Below, in pieces: positions 48,963 to 62,545 of a stretch of DNA of 64,000 nt. The stretch's first letter is position 1. Every line of letters begins with the position of its first letter. The DNA lies in NCBI GenBank assembly GCA_028534125.1, contig CM052816.1, positions 54,624,001 through 54,688,000 on the forward strand. The letters are read 5' to 3'. The stretch comes from Lama glama (Eukaryota). The notes below the pieces were generated by a model. That model had not been told where the DNA came from. It ran no database searches and was given only the letters and a program-made list of their open reading frames with translations. The position numbers were made by a program, and so were the translations under genes.

Positions 48963-50889
48963 GCTGGTAGCAGGACGGATCCCTCTGGCACAGGCCACCA
49001 AAGCCAGGAGAAATCACTTGTTCAGACTAGGCGGGCGGATAAACAACACTTTCATTGAAACAGAACATTGCCATCCCCAGGTCATCCCACTCCCCAGGTG
49101 ACGTTTGTTAAACCGTGATCATCTTCCATTACCCGGGGCATTCCGCCCATCCCGGGCAGAGCGAGCCGCAGAGGAGACCTTTGCTGGGAGCCCCACTCCC
49201 TGACAATGGCGCTGTTTCAGCGCATTTGAAAGTTAGCAATCAGACAACAAGCACAGAGCCATGGTAAAATACAGGTTAAAAGGAAACAAAAAAAGGAAGA
49301 AAATACATTACTTCGTACCTGTTTAGCAGCCGCACCGCTCTGGCGACAGGTGTTTACAGTTAAACTAGAAGTGTTCATACAAGATGGGGCGGGTCCTGCC
49401 TCTGCACACCTGTTCCCGAGAAGCTGAAATTGCCAGTGATGAGATTCGAATGGAAGGGCCCCTGAGTCTGTTTTTAATCACGAGAAGGAGCAGGTGTGAG
49501 CTGCTGCCCCAAGGGCCATCAAGGAAGGGCTGGCACCCACTGTGTGCCCTGGAGGAGAAGGCAAACAGGAAAGAGAAGCCTCGGGTTACCCCTCATTAAG
49601 GGCAGTGTGGGTACAAGTGCTGTCTTGGTAGGAAGGTGATGGCTGGGAAAACTAAAAACAGAGGAGCAAGAAAGGCTGGTTCAAACCTGGAGCCTCCTCA
49701 GCAAAGCCAACAGCTGGGTCAGGGGTCAAGGGACTATGCTGAGAGCAGGCTTGTTAAACTAACAGTGAGTTGTGCAGCTGTTAAAAAAGAAAAAAGAATG
49801 AGAAAGTGCTCTGCCAATTTAGAAAGGAAAAAAGCAGCGACTCAGGGTGTGTAGGAAAAAAATAAGAATAAGGATACGTATGTGTGCATACACTTCAACT
49901 TGCCTAAGCAATCACTGCAAGTGGCAGGTGTAAGGGCGCGTTCAGATGATCACGCACAGAGCAAATGTGACGCTACGTTTTACGAATCACCTTGACTGTC
50001 TCAACTGGATGTGCTTTTTTTCCTGAAATTAATGATAACTTTCTATCATTATTTCATGAGTTCCTTGATTTTTGGTAAAGAAAAAAGTTAGGAGGCTATT
50101 TAATGTGTTGTACAACTTTACTATTGTAATCTGTTGGTCAATATTTGTTACTAAGCACTTCTGTGATGTGAGATTTTAATTCTGGCAGTGAGTTTGGAAA
50201 GTTCTTGAAAGCCTATGTTTTCTAAAATAAGACAAATGTCTTCTACATGTCCATTTGCTTTTTATTACAATTTTAAATAAGACACTCATGTTAATTAAAA
50301 AGGGGGGGAAGAGGGTAGAATGGAGTGGTTGGGAGTAAGATTTCTCATTTACATCTTTTAGACTGATTTTAACTTTTTTGGTTAGGGGAATGTATTGCAT
50401 AGTCAAAAAAAAACCCGAAGTCTGTAGAATGAGCCCTCGAAGCTGTGCATGCAGGAATCCACAGCAGAGGGATTTCCAAGTGAGAGAAACTTAACAAAGA
50501 AAAAGTCACCTGGGAAAATCAAAGCCAGACATTGGCCACTGTGCTTTTAAATGCTGCCTATCCTCTCAGGACTGAACTTTAATTATATGGGAAGCAAACC
50601 AGTGGTATCTCCTTTGTACTTCCTTTCAACCAGCCTGTTGGGATGTGCCCTCAATGGGCCCACCCCCACCCTCTCACCAGCCGGTGGTCCGCTGGGACCT
50701 CCGGAGAAGTCCCCAGGGCTGCTCTCACCGTACACCCAAAGCCCAGTTCTCACAAATATGTTTAAATTAGTTTTTTTAATCGTTAAAGGAATAATGCATG
50801 TGGTAAAATAGTAATATTCTGCATACTCAAGAGTATAAAACAAAAGTAAAACTCTCTCTGCTATTTCCCACTCTTGTCCCTTTCGGTTA

Positions 50890-51120
50890 ACACTTTCCTG
50901 TGTGAGAGGCAGGCTCGTGATGGTGAAAAGTATGACTGCCTGGCTTCTGCTCTCACCTCTGCCACTGATGAGCAGTGCAGTCCTGGGCTGGTCTTTGACA
51001 CTCTGTCTCATTTTCCTAGTCTGTATAAATGGGATCGCAATAGTACCTACCCAGCAGAAAGGATTAAATGAGTTAAAACATGTGCCTGGAATATAGTGAG
51101 TGCTTTGCATGTACTGGCTG
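50890..51120 (+). mobile_element. MIR SINE
   Basis: ctctgtctcattttcctagtctgtataaatgggat...aggattaaatgagttaa. Confidence 0.7.
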
Positions 51121-51559
51121 TTACCCTTACACAGAAAAAGGATGTGTTTCTCATTTATTTAACTGTGTATAATATTACATATATATCCTTAAACATATAT
51201 ATACACATATATATATACATGTATATAAAAAATAGCATCAACAGGTAAGCACCTTGTTTATTTAACTTAATATATATCAGCACATATAGACTCTATTCTT
51301 CACTGAAGTTGCATTTTATTCCAGTGGATGAATGTCCCTACATATATAGTCAAGAAATATTTATCAGGCACTGGAGTTATGCCAGGCCTTGTGTAAACAG
51401 GACAGAAGAAACTCGCTCTCTGAGCAAATCTTGTTGCTGTTTTTATTGGGGCTGTGTTAAGTACAGAGGATGCAGGGAACACTGATGTCTTTTTATGTTG
51501 GGTCTTCCACCCAAGAGCACCCCTATGATTCTGTGACCACACTTCTCTGAGTCCCCTCA

Positions 51560-51654
51560 ATTTTTTTTCTCTTTTTAATGGAGGTGCTGGGGATTGAACC
51601 CAGGATCTCGTGCATACTAAGTATGTGCTCTACCACTGAGCTATACCCACCCCG
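51560..51654 (-). mobile_element. Vic-1-like SINE with 13-bp TSD
   Basis: TSD ctgagtc(c/t)cctca at 51547-51559 and 51655-51667. Confidence 0.9.
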
Positions 51655-53456
51655 CTGAGTCTCCTCATTTCTGAATGCACTTTCCCCTCTTCGACGGCCA
51701 AACGTCCTCCAGCGATTTCAGCTGTTACTATAATTGCAGTCACTTCACAAATCATACTTTTTGGCCCAGATCTCTCAGCTCCAAAACCACTTATCCAACT
51801 GTCTGCTGGACCACATTCATACCAGAATGTCCCACAAGCTTCTTAAACTCAATGAGAACCAAAGCAAAACCCATGCTTTCTCCCCACCCACACCTGCTCC
51901 TCCCGCTGTCTTGACCGGCTCACTCACCCAGCTGCTCCCGTCACCCAGCGTCTGACACTATTTTCAAATACCAGTTGAACCCATCCATATCTCTCCATTC
52001 TTCTCCACCTTTGGGACTTGGCATCTTCTGCTCTCTATTACTGCTCTCTCTACTCACAATTCTCCATTCTGAGCTCCATTCTGGGGTCAGAGTAGTTTGT
52101 CCAAAACACAAATCGCCAGCCACCCACACTCCTGACCATTCAGGGGTCTGACCTGCCTACAAACTGACTGAAATGTCGTGCTCCCCCAGTCTTCTGTTCT
52201 GGGCCCACTGCCTGGAGTGCTAATTCTGTCTAGTCCTTAAGGCTCAGGTCAAACATCTCCTCTTGGACGTTTTCCCACGTGTTTCCCGATTCCCCAGCCC
52301 CACTCTGATAGGTGCCCACCTCTGTCCTCGCTGTCCTCCAGAGCGTCCCTGTTTCCTTTTCATCATTCCATTCATCACACCTTCCTGTAATCACTTTTTT
52401 TGGTCTGCCCACATACTCCCCACTCTCCAGACTTTGGGTACCTCGATGGCAGAACTGACATCTGGTTCATCCTTATACTTTACGGCATTTAGCACAGGAT
52501 CAAGCACATGGTGGAAATGCTCAGAAATCTTTGCTGATGGATTGGTTAATGAGAAAATGCCTGAGAGAGGGAAACTAAGCTCTCCAAAGAGTTGAGCCTT
52601 GTCTGGTTTTACTGTCTAAAGAATTATTTGATTGCCTTTATTCACATACAAAATTTGCTTCAGAGACAGATAACAGTCATTTCAAAGAATATAAAGAGTT
52701 TGAACTTTGAATTCACTATTTTCAGGTTAAACTGCTGAAGTTATAAAGACACTAAAATGGGTAAGTCTTACGGAATATATGGATCTCAGCAGTATTATGT
52801 TTAAATCATATTCAACCACAAATTAATCTACTCGGAGAATTCAGTTGGCAGGCAAAAGTCTTAATAGATTTTTTAAACTGTAATGCTGTAATCTGATTTG
52901 AGAGATAGGATGTGGCCTATGTATGCTTTGCTCTTGGGGTTTGAAAGCAAGGTAGTTTCTACTTGGTTTCTGCCTGTCCTTGGCAGAGCTAGATATTTCC
53001 TTTGGTATACGCTGCCCCTTAGTGTCAGGCTGAGGAACTGCATCTGAAAGCTCTCTTAATTCCCAGAAGATGCTTGAAATTGAAAGTCACAGGGCCTTTC
53101 TTCAGAGGCTTATCTACGATGTAAGCCAGTCCCAGCCTCTGCCCTCCAGGAGCCTTTCAGAAACAAACATAATGTCAAAAGGCTCAACAGGGCCCTGTCA
53201 GGCTAGGGACACAAATTTCCAGGTGATGTGAAATTCCAGGGCTGGCACGGGAGACATACCTGTTTATAGCCCAGAGGGGTCCTCCAGCAGCACCTTACTT
53301 CTCTATGAATCATTAGTTTTACTTTTTAATTTCTGGTGTGAGTCATAACCCTTAGGGCTAAAAGGTAGAACTTTGCATCTAGGAAATCGAGTGACAAGAA
53401 TGAGAGAATGGAAACATCAGATTTGGGGTAGTTTAAAGGTAAGGATGATTTTAGAG

Positions 53457-53698
53457 CCACTATGGAGAACAGTATAGACGTTCCTTAAAAACTAAAAACA
53501 GACTTACCGTATTACCCAGCAATCCCACTCCAGGGCATATATCTGGAGAAAACACCAACTCAAAAGAATGCACGCACCCCAGTGTTCATAGCAGCACTAT
53601 TTATCATAGCCAGGACATGGAAGCAATTTAAATGCTCATCAAGAGATGACTGGATAAAGAAGTTGTGGTATATATATGTATGTATGTATGTGTGTGTG

Positions 53699-53731
<33 letters not shown>

Positions 53732-54205
53732 GGAAAACTACTCAGCCATTAAAAAGAATGAAATAATACCATTTGCAGGAGCATGAATGGACCTAGAGAT
53801 TATCATACTAAGTGAAGTAAGTCAGAGAAAGACAAATCTATGATATCACTTATATGTGGAATCTAAAAAACAAAACAAAACAAAAAAAAAACAAATTACT
53901 TACAAACCAGAAATTGGACCCACAGGCATAGAAAACAAACTATCATTACCAAAGGGGAAAGGGATGAGGGAAAGGATAAATTAGGAGTTTGGGATTAACA
54001 TATACACATTACTATAATAAATTAGATAAACAACAAGGTTCTACTATTTAGCACAGGGAACTATATTCAATATCTTATAATAACCCATAATGGAAAAGAA
54101 TCTGGAAAAGTATGTATGTATGTATATCTGAATCACTATGCTGTACACCTGAAACACAATGTTGTAAATCAACTATACTTCAATTTTTGTAATTAAATGA
54201 AAAAA
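53457..54205 (+). mobile_element. Young L1 3' fragment
   Basis: ccactatggagaacagtat...gacttaccgtattacccagcaatcccactcc...aaatcaactatacttcaa; degenerate TSD ending in attttagag. Confidence 0.92.
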
Positions 54206-56222
54206 TTTTAAAGTAATGATTATTTTAGAGAAAAAAAGCAAGTGTAAATCCAGAGGTGGGATGTAAAAAGAGTAGAGCTGTTGGAAAGTAGGGCTTCAGA
54301 TGTGGAGCCTGAAAAAGAGGAAAATGTGAAAAACTGATCATCCTGTTACCAGGGACATGACTGACACCCTGGGGCAGTGGGGACAGGGGAGGAGGGCAGA
54401 GAGGGCGGTGTGCTGAGCCTGCCATAGATTCCTAGAAGGGTCTCTGACTCTGGGCCCAGGTCAGAATCATACAGGAGGCCAAGCTGCCTCCTTCCAAAGT
54501 TTCCAGTTTTGTCTTTTTAAGTAACCTGACTCAAATATTCTGTCACTTTCATAACTATGACATGGATGAGTTTAAGACCGTTATGTGGGTTAGGAAGGAG
54601 GAGTTACAAAAGGGCAGGAGGATGTTTTGGGCACGATGGCTATATTCGTTATCTTGACTGTGGTGATGGTTTCACAGGTGTATACATGTCAGAACTTAAA
54701 GTATGCTTTTTAAATATATGCAGTTTCTTGTACGTCAATTATAACTCAATAAAGCAATTCAAAGAAAGAAAAAAACTTTCCCAGAATCACATAACTAGAT
54801 TACAGCAAGCTGAGATTCAAACCTGTTTGTCTGACAAAAAATTAAATCCTGCAGCCACTTAAAAGTAGAATTATAAAGACTACAGAAATACAAAAGAAAA
54901 AAAGACTACAGAAATGTCAAAAAAAATTTTTTTAGCAAAACAAGTGAAAATAACAAAATAAAAATCATATGTATGCTATAATGGAAAATTTGTGTGCAGA
55001 AAGAAAAATAGGGAAAATACATACAGATTTAATAGCTCTTTAGTAACATTGTGGATGATTTGAAAATTCTTTAATGCTGCTGTTAAATTGCATTTTCAAG
55101 TAAAGCATCAATTATAATTATACACTATTCAAAATTGTTATCTCCCTTCATTAGGCAAGTCTTTTAAGGTATAGTGTTGAATTGCAAAACTTAGCATATA
55201 AAATTCTAGACTCAAAATCATCATGTAATTTTTTTTACATACGTATAAGAAAAGATAAAGGAAATATGCAGAAATGTTAATAGGTTTTTTTTTAAGGGTG
55301 ATGTTTTTTCTTTTTCTTGTGTTATTCTTGGTTTTGTAATTTAAAAATATTCAGTAATGGCCATATCTTACTTTTATAACAAAAAATAAATAAATAAAAT
55401 GAGTTGTTTTAAAAATCGCAGGGCTGACAAAGCATTTGAACCACCGGAATACTGCCTTAGCGCTAATCCCCACAGACCTCCCTAAGGCACTTTCCGGTTT
55501 ATGAAGCCCTTCTCACACACCCTATTGAGCAGCAAGTATTCGCCCAGGTCTGGATACAGTCTGTGAGAAATTATATAATTCAGGACAAATGCTTAAAATA
55601 TTACTAAAAAAAACACATTACAGATACTTATTAAATACTTAACCAAAGCTCAGGTGCGTGACCTGGCTGCGCCCCCTTCTGCACTAGAGGACAATGACAA
55701 CCTTGGGCCAAATGCCCTTGAAACTCCTTTTCCTTTTAAAACATTTTTGATTCCAAAATTAGTTTAAGGATCAGTGCGTGTGTGTGTTTGTGTCTGAGTG
55801 GGCTGGCGTGAGATTTAAGAAGAATGACTTCAGGAAACCATGCGGACAGTGAGGTAAGGGAAGAGGTCCCCGAGGAACTTCCTCCCCGCACCCTTGCCAC
55901 CCAGAAAAACTGGTTTAGGGAACCGGCCACGCCTTCCTGCCAGGAAAGTCAGATGTCTCTGGTCCAGCAACTGCAGAAAGGCGACTTCCCTTCTCTCTCC
56001 CTTAAACCATGTGGCTTTCATTCTGCTGAATGAAACAAGAGGATTCCTGCAATTGGCTTCAATATACTCCAGTGGGTGGGAGGTAGGTGATCTGGCAGGA
56101 AGGGCATAGAGAACACATGAAAACTGGCCATGAGTCAGGGGCCAGTTGAAGCTGAGTGCTGGGTACATGGGCGTTCTTTAGAGTATTCTACTGTTCTATT
56201 TTCCATACAGTTGAAATTTCCC

Positions 56223-56333
56223 TTTTTTAAAAAAAATCGGTTTTATTTATATTCAGAGGCGGTACTGGAGATTGAACCCAGGACATCATGCATGCTAGGC
56301 ACGCATTCTACCACTGAGCTATACCCTCCCCGC
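56223..56333 (-). mobile_element. Vic-1-like SINE
   Basis: gattgaacccaggacatcatgcatgctaggcacgcattctaccactgagctataccctcccc. Confidence 0.85.
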
Positions 56334-56364
56334 CAGATGACTTTTCCTTAACTAAAAGTTCATG

Positions 56365-56366
<2 letters not shown>

Positions 56367-56400
<34 letters not shown>
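56367..56400. repeat. (CA)n microsatellite
   Basis: About 17 CA units. Confidence 0.95.
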
Positions 56401-56404
<4 letters not shown>

Positions 56405-56974
56405 CCATCCCTGTCAGCATGAGAAAAAAAGTAAACCAAACTGGAATTATCTCCCGAGAGGAAAAGAAGTAGCTTAATGGCACTGAGTATAAGGAGGATG
56501 ATTGACAGAGGAGAAGCTGCCACTTGCTTTTTGTCACTGATGCCAAAAAATGAAGAAGAGTAACTTAAATGATATTAAAGGAATATTTAAAAGAAAAAAA
56601 AAAACCCTAATCATGAGAGCTGTTAAATGTTGAAATAAATTACTAGGAAGAGATAGCTAAGGATTCTTTCCCTGCAAATAGACAGCGAAACTGAGCTATT
56701 TATACTGATGGCTAAGAAGGAGGACATTAATGCTTATTCGTTGCCCAAAGTTATTCTTAGGCCAAGAAGGCAGGTGCATCTTGGTCTGACCCTTAGGCAG
56801 TCACTGTGACTATACTGAACTGTGCAGGTAGAATGTGTTGGGCCAGGTGGCATCCATGCCACAGGCCTGAACCGTAGCTCACGTTTATTGTCAGGCCTAG
56901 CTGTCAGCAAGTCCAACAACTGCACTTCAGCAAAAACTTCGCCCATTCTCAGCAAAATTTCAGTGGAAGCCAGC

Positions 56975-57432
56975 CTTCAAAACGTCCCCCAAGGAGTCTT
57001 GTCTCCCAGTATTCACCCGCCCACGCTGAATGGAGCTGACCTGTGTTACCAATAGGATATTGTGTGTAACTGAGGAGGCTAAGGCAAAAAAGACATGCTG
57101 GCTTCCTCTTTACTTGCTCTGGGATCACAGACTCTGTGGGATGTCAGCTGCCTTGTTGTGAGGATACCCAGGAAGCCCTATGGAGAGATCCACGGGGCAA
57201 AGAACTAAGAACCAGCACCAACCTGTCAGACACGTGATAAGCCCCCTCAGAAGTGGGCCCTCCGGCCACAGGCACGCCTTCAGATGACAGCAACATGACC
57301 TTTTGGGAATCCCCGAGCCACAACCACAGCTACACAGCTTCCAAATTCTGTTCTATCGGAACTGTGCGAGACAATAAGTGTTTTACACTAAATTGGAGGT
57401 AAGTTGTTATGCATCAATAGAAACCTAATATA
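56975..57432 (+). mobile_element. Old MaLR LTR (MLT1E/F-like)
   Basis: cagctgccttgttgtgaggata...gccctatggagagatccacggggcaaagaact...aagttgttatgcatcaatagaaacctaata. Confidence 0.7.
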
Positions 57433-60400
57433 GCTGGTTAGGTAAAAGTTTAGTCTTTTTTATACAACTCTTCAGAAAAATGGTGCAATGTAAGCAAACC
57501 TGTTCCTTCTATTAGAAGTTCTCAGAAATAAAAATGTGAATGGTGAGATTCTCATATGTGGTCCCAGAAAGGACACACACCGAGCTCCTAAAGGGAGAGG
57601 GCACCATTTCCTACTGTCTACGGCACCTTTCTCCACCAAGCAGGAATGACAATCTATGGGCAGTAACAATGGCTTCTCTGCAATGACCTCCTGAACTATC
57701 TTAATAGAGTTAATATAGGGCTTTAAAAAAAAATCGCAGTTTAACCAAAAGTCAGTTTCTGCTCCAGAAATCATCAACTCAGATCACCAAGTCGTATCAC
57801 TTTGTCACTCCTCAGTGTCCTTGAGTAATATCTGCTTTATTAAAGTTTCTCTGATTATTTCTGAAGCTCAGCAAAGAGCACTAGTACTTGTCATGAGACT
57901 GTGATCTGCACCCCAGAACTCCAGCAGCCTTTTCCCAGCCCCTCCCCAGCTCCCCACGGTGAGCCGCTGAGTCATCGCAGAGTCTCCAGGGAGAAAGGCT
58001 TCTCCGTTCTAGCCTCCTTCAATAAAAAGCAACCTCAAAAGTTTTCTACCTCTGAAATTTCATCTGTAGCATAGCCATTTTCCCGCTATTTTCTGTCACA
58101 AATGAGGTTAGAGTTCCTGGTATAGACCCAGCATCTACACTGGCTGCAGTAGCAATGGCTGCGAAGTCAAGCGGGGCAAACAAATTAAAGCCTCTGGCGC
58201 TTGGTGGCCACAGTGAGAATGGTTTTCTCATCAGCCAATTCTGCAGGGTGGTTTGGACATCATCCCTGGAAGATGCACCTCAAGCACTGTTTCTCCACAG
58301 CCCTCGTGAGAGTTTGAGAAGCTGCTCATACTCATTTCAGTGAATTTTGCTTCAGCAGCTAGAAGCTGGCTAGCTTCCACTGCCTGTGGTTCAGAAGCCT
58401 GACTGATGTGCCTCATTCAAGGGCAGCTCTGCTAAGCTGGTTGAGTCTCTAGGGAGCCCTGCCCTTAGTCCAGAAAACAGCAGACTCTCTCTCCACAAAG
58501 ATTTTGATAGACTGGATTTGCCAGTTTCAGGTTATGTTACAAACTTACCCCAAAAGTCCCAAAGCTTAATTATGGGTGGATCTTTCTAGACCAGTAGCTT
58601 ACCTGGAGTTTGGTGTTTGCTTCCACGTGACTAAGGCTCGTCACTTTCAAGCAGAGCTGGATGGGGTGCCGGGTGTGAAGATCCCGCATTATTTGCTTTT
58701 CTTTCTGGCTTTAATACTATACGTCTCCAAAGACCTGGATTCCAGAAAAGGTTTTGCTCATTTTCAGCATGCTAACTCCTCTTTCCAGCAGTTCAGAAAT
58801 AGGTTGTTGGTGGTAAAATTGGCTCAGATACCTTAATCTTAGTCAACTCTGAGTTCCCAAGTTCATATAATAATGATACACTCCTCCAAGTTTGATTTGA
58901 CTTCTGATCATATGGACATCATTTACCTTTCTCCAGCCAAAGCAAACTGTTTTGGCTACAATTAAACAATCTTTTAGACTTTTTTAATTCTATGTATCCA
59001 TCAAGTTGAGGCATTTCTCTTTGGAGGTTACGACCTTATAAGGATTGTTTCTTATGTGTCATCCCTCTAAAGGAATGTGAGTTGAAAAACTCTCGTCTCT
59101 ACTCAGTTATAAACATATAATTGTGAAATAAAATTTCAGAGGCTACTTCTGAATAATTTGTGTTTTAGACTCTGTCAGAATTAGCCCCCGATTGTTATTG
59201 TCTTTGGATGATGGACACATGAAATCTCAGTTGGATCAGCCATACCCCCCAACACACTCTTGACATGATGCTCCGGAGCCAGTCTGTGCCAAGCCTGGAC
59301 GGGTGAGAGTAGATGGCAGAAGACTGAGAAAAAATAAAGGACTCTGTCTGAAAGCCCTTGGGTTTCACATACTTCCAGAACTCCATCGTGATTTACTCAA
59401 GAGAGGCTCCACTTAAAACTCTCAGAAGATAACTGACAAATTGAAACTAGTCCTGGCAGGTCCATCTTTCAGCAAGCAAAGGTTTTTTTTGCTTCCAATT
59501 CTGGTTAGATAAGAACTTCCAGGAAGCCCTTTTAAAAATTGGGTAGGGAAATGACAGACACAAATTAGATAAGGAAGAAGTTCCTAGGAGCACATGGAGT
59601 TAAATTTTATTATAAATTACATTTTATTATTCCTAAAAATCTTAGATAGGAAAGTTTCTGGGGAAGATTTTAGGTTCGGTTATTAAAAACAAGAATGGGA
59701 TAGATCAGGGAAATTTTTACCTGAGGAATGACGTCTCAGAGGGAGTATGTTTGGAAACTCAGATTTCATGTGCAAGTCCTTAAATTAGTGGGCTCTGCTT
59801 GACACTGTTTCCAATGCCTGTCTGCCTAAAGCTTCTACTCTCTTGGTTTCCGTCACTTCTTGCTGTGCTGATTCCCCCCCCCCCTCCAGCTCTCTAACTC
59901 CTCCCTCGGTGTTCTTTCCTCAGCAAGAACCTTTAACGCCAGCCACCCTTTAAATGTGGGTGTGGACAACTGAGGCAGTTTCGTCTACTGTGATGGTTTT
60001 ACCTACAAACTATGTGATTCCAATTCCAACTCTGACCTGAGATCTGAAACTCCTGAGAATCATACCAGGATGGTTTTATTGGCACTCATCTAGAGTACAG
60101 AGCTACAATTTCTTGTGACACGCCAATGTTTTTCATAACCCATCCATTTACATCTTTGCTTCTATACTTACACTCCCAGGAGGAGACAATAGATTGTTTA
60201 TGGCTTTCATTGCTCTTTCTTTGGGCTTGAATTGATTATGCACTTAACTAGTTATGATGTTTATGTCAGCACATATCAGAGTAACCAAATAAAAGTAGTT
60301 TAAACTTTATAAAGACATTTGTTATCTCACACAACTAAAGTTGGTTATTTCAGTGTTTCAGCAATGTCAAGGACCCAAGACCTTTTGTCTTTGCTTCTCA

Positions 60401-62309
60401 CTATCTTCTGTATGCTGGTTCTCAAACTGGGCTTGTCCCCTGATGGTGACAAGGTGGCTGCTGCAAATCCAGACATCACATCTTTGGACCATCTATGGCA
60501 GATTATTTTGAATTCATTCATTTCTCCAGATTTTCTATATTTTCTAAAATTATCCTTGTATAGGGTCAGTTTGGTAGAGAACTAGGTTTGCAGGCTGTAT
60601 CAGATGGGCCTCCCTTAGAACTGCTTAAGCAGTTGTGCCTAGAGAAATGCTACTTGACTCTGCTGAGGAAGCATCTAGAATCAATCTTAGATTTGTACCT
60701 ACTCTGAAGATGGATGCTGTTTGAACATACCATTCCCTCTCTTTGAAGACTCAGGAGAAATTTCTGTATGGTCTTTGTGTTAAGAAGAGCCCTGATTTGC
60801 TAAAGCAGTTATCTTATGGACTTGATAAATTGCCTGGCTGATAAGATGTTCTCTTTTTCTTTGGCTGCTCAAAGGCCTAGCATCAAGTCTGTGAGCCACC
60901 TAGGCCAAATACACAATTTTTCCATCTGTCGTAAGCTCTAATTCCTACAGCAGAAGCCATGCTCAAACTATTTGACAACAGGTACAATAAAGGCACAGAT
61001 CAGAATGGGCAGCAGGTGTAAACAAGAAGCATCAGGCTGCCTCGAGGGGCAGGCAGCTGGTGTAGACAGGTGAAACAGAGCAAGAGTTAAAAAGGAAATC
61101 TCAATGTATTTTTGTTTTTTTCACATTTGATAGAGACAGGAGTTCAGATAAATAGTCCATGATGGTAAATTGGACGGACACTCACCTCAGTGCTGGGGAC
61201 ACAATAAGGAGTGGCAGGGACTGTGGTAAATTGGAGAACACACGCCCTCTTAAGATTAGTGACTGCTCCTCAGATCCAGATCACTGTTGCCAGATTAGAA
61301 TATGGCTCAGAGCTTCCAGAACTTTCAGTATTTTAGAAAAAGCCAGAAGTCCTAGTTTTTGAGAACTCCTAGATTTTAAGACACACTCAAAGAAAGAAAA
61401 TTTTAAAAGCCCAGCCAAAGATAAACAGACAAACATTAACAGGCCAATGCAAGCAGTAAAGTCCAGCTGAAGCCAGTCAGCTTGTGACTTCTGCTTTCTG
61501 CTGTTTATTTTGTATTCACCTCTCACCTTCCTCAGTTTTACATTCCTTTCTTATTTTTCTTTCTTCTTTCTCTTCTACTTATAGTATTGTCCTCTATTTT
61601 ATGTTTCCTGATATTTCACTTTAAATCCTACTGGGGACAGAGTCGAGTATAAATAAACTAACCACAGGACCTCTCCCCTTAGATAGCCTATCTGCATCTC
61701 AAACTCCCTCTTTACACTAAATTAAACCGACCGTTTTCACTCCCTTGCCCCCTCACTCCTCCTCTGGAGGATCCCGACGGGACCCTCCTCTGCTCTCTCA
61801 GTCAACAGCAAGACCCCCACTCACCTGATGCCTGAGCCGGAAACCTGAGTGTCCTGCTATTTCTGGTCCCTCCTCCTCTCATTCAGTCATTGCCGGGTTC
61901 TACCTCCCGAGTCCCCCATTCCCTCCTCTCTAAGGCTAGCATGGTGGCTCAGCCCTTGCTATTTCTGGCCTGAATTACTGTAAGAGAGAGGACTCACCTC
62001 CTGAGCCCGTTTTGCGCTTCTTCAAACTCAGCCTCCAGGATGCACACCTGACCCCCACCCTCCCTTAACCTCATGGAGCGTCCCCACCATCTCCAGGTTA
62101 AATGTAAGCTCCGGGACGCGCTGCTGCGCGTCTCACCTGCCCCGTCTACCTAGCGTGGAGCACACGGCTCCGGGGACCTTGCTGAGCTCAGGCAGCAGTC
62201 CCCAGGGAGGCCTCCCTGACATCGCTCAGCTCCCCAGAATGTTCGTGCCCTCCGAGTGCTCCTGTGCCGCCTCATGCTTTCCTGTCCCCGCACAAGAACT
62301 GGGTTAAAG

Positions 62310-62545
62310 GGAAATAATAGCAGCTAACATTAATCACCACATCCTCTGACCAAGCACCATTCTAGGCAATTTAAATGTATTCATTCATTTCATCCTCAAA
62401 ATTCGTATGAGGAATTATCAGCCCTGTGTTCCTGATCATTAAGTTGAGGCAAAAAGAAATTAATAGCTTTCCCAGTCACCACCGTGGTTAAGTGGGGATT
62501 TGAACCCAGGGCACCTGGCTCCAGGGCTCTTGCTCTTCACCACTA
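62310..62545 (-). mobile_element. MIR SINE
   Basis: aataatagcagctaacatt...tcatttcatcctca...gggatttgaacccagg...ctggctccagggct. Confidence 0.75.
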
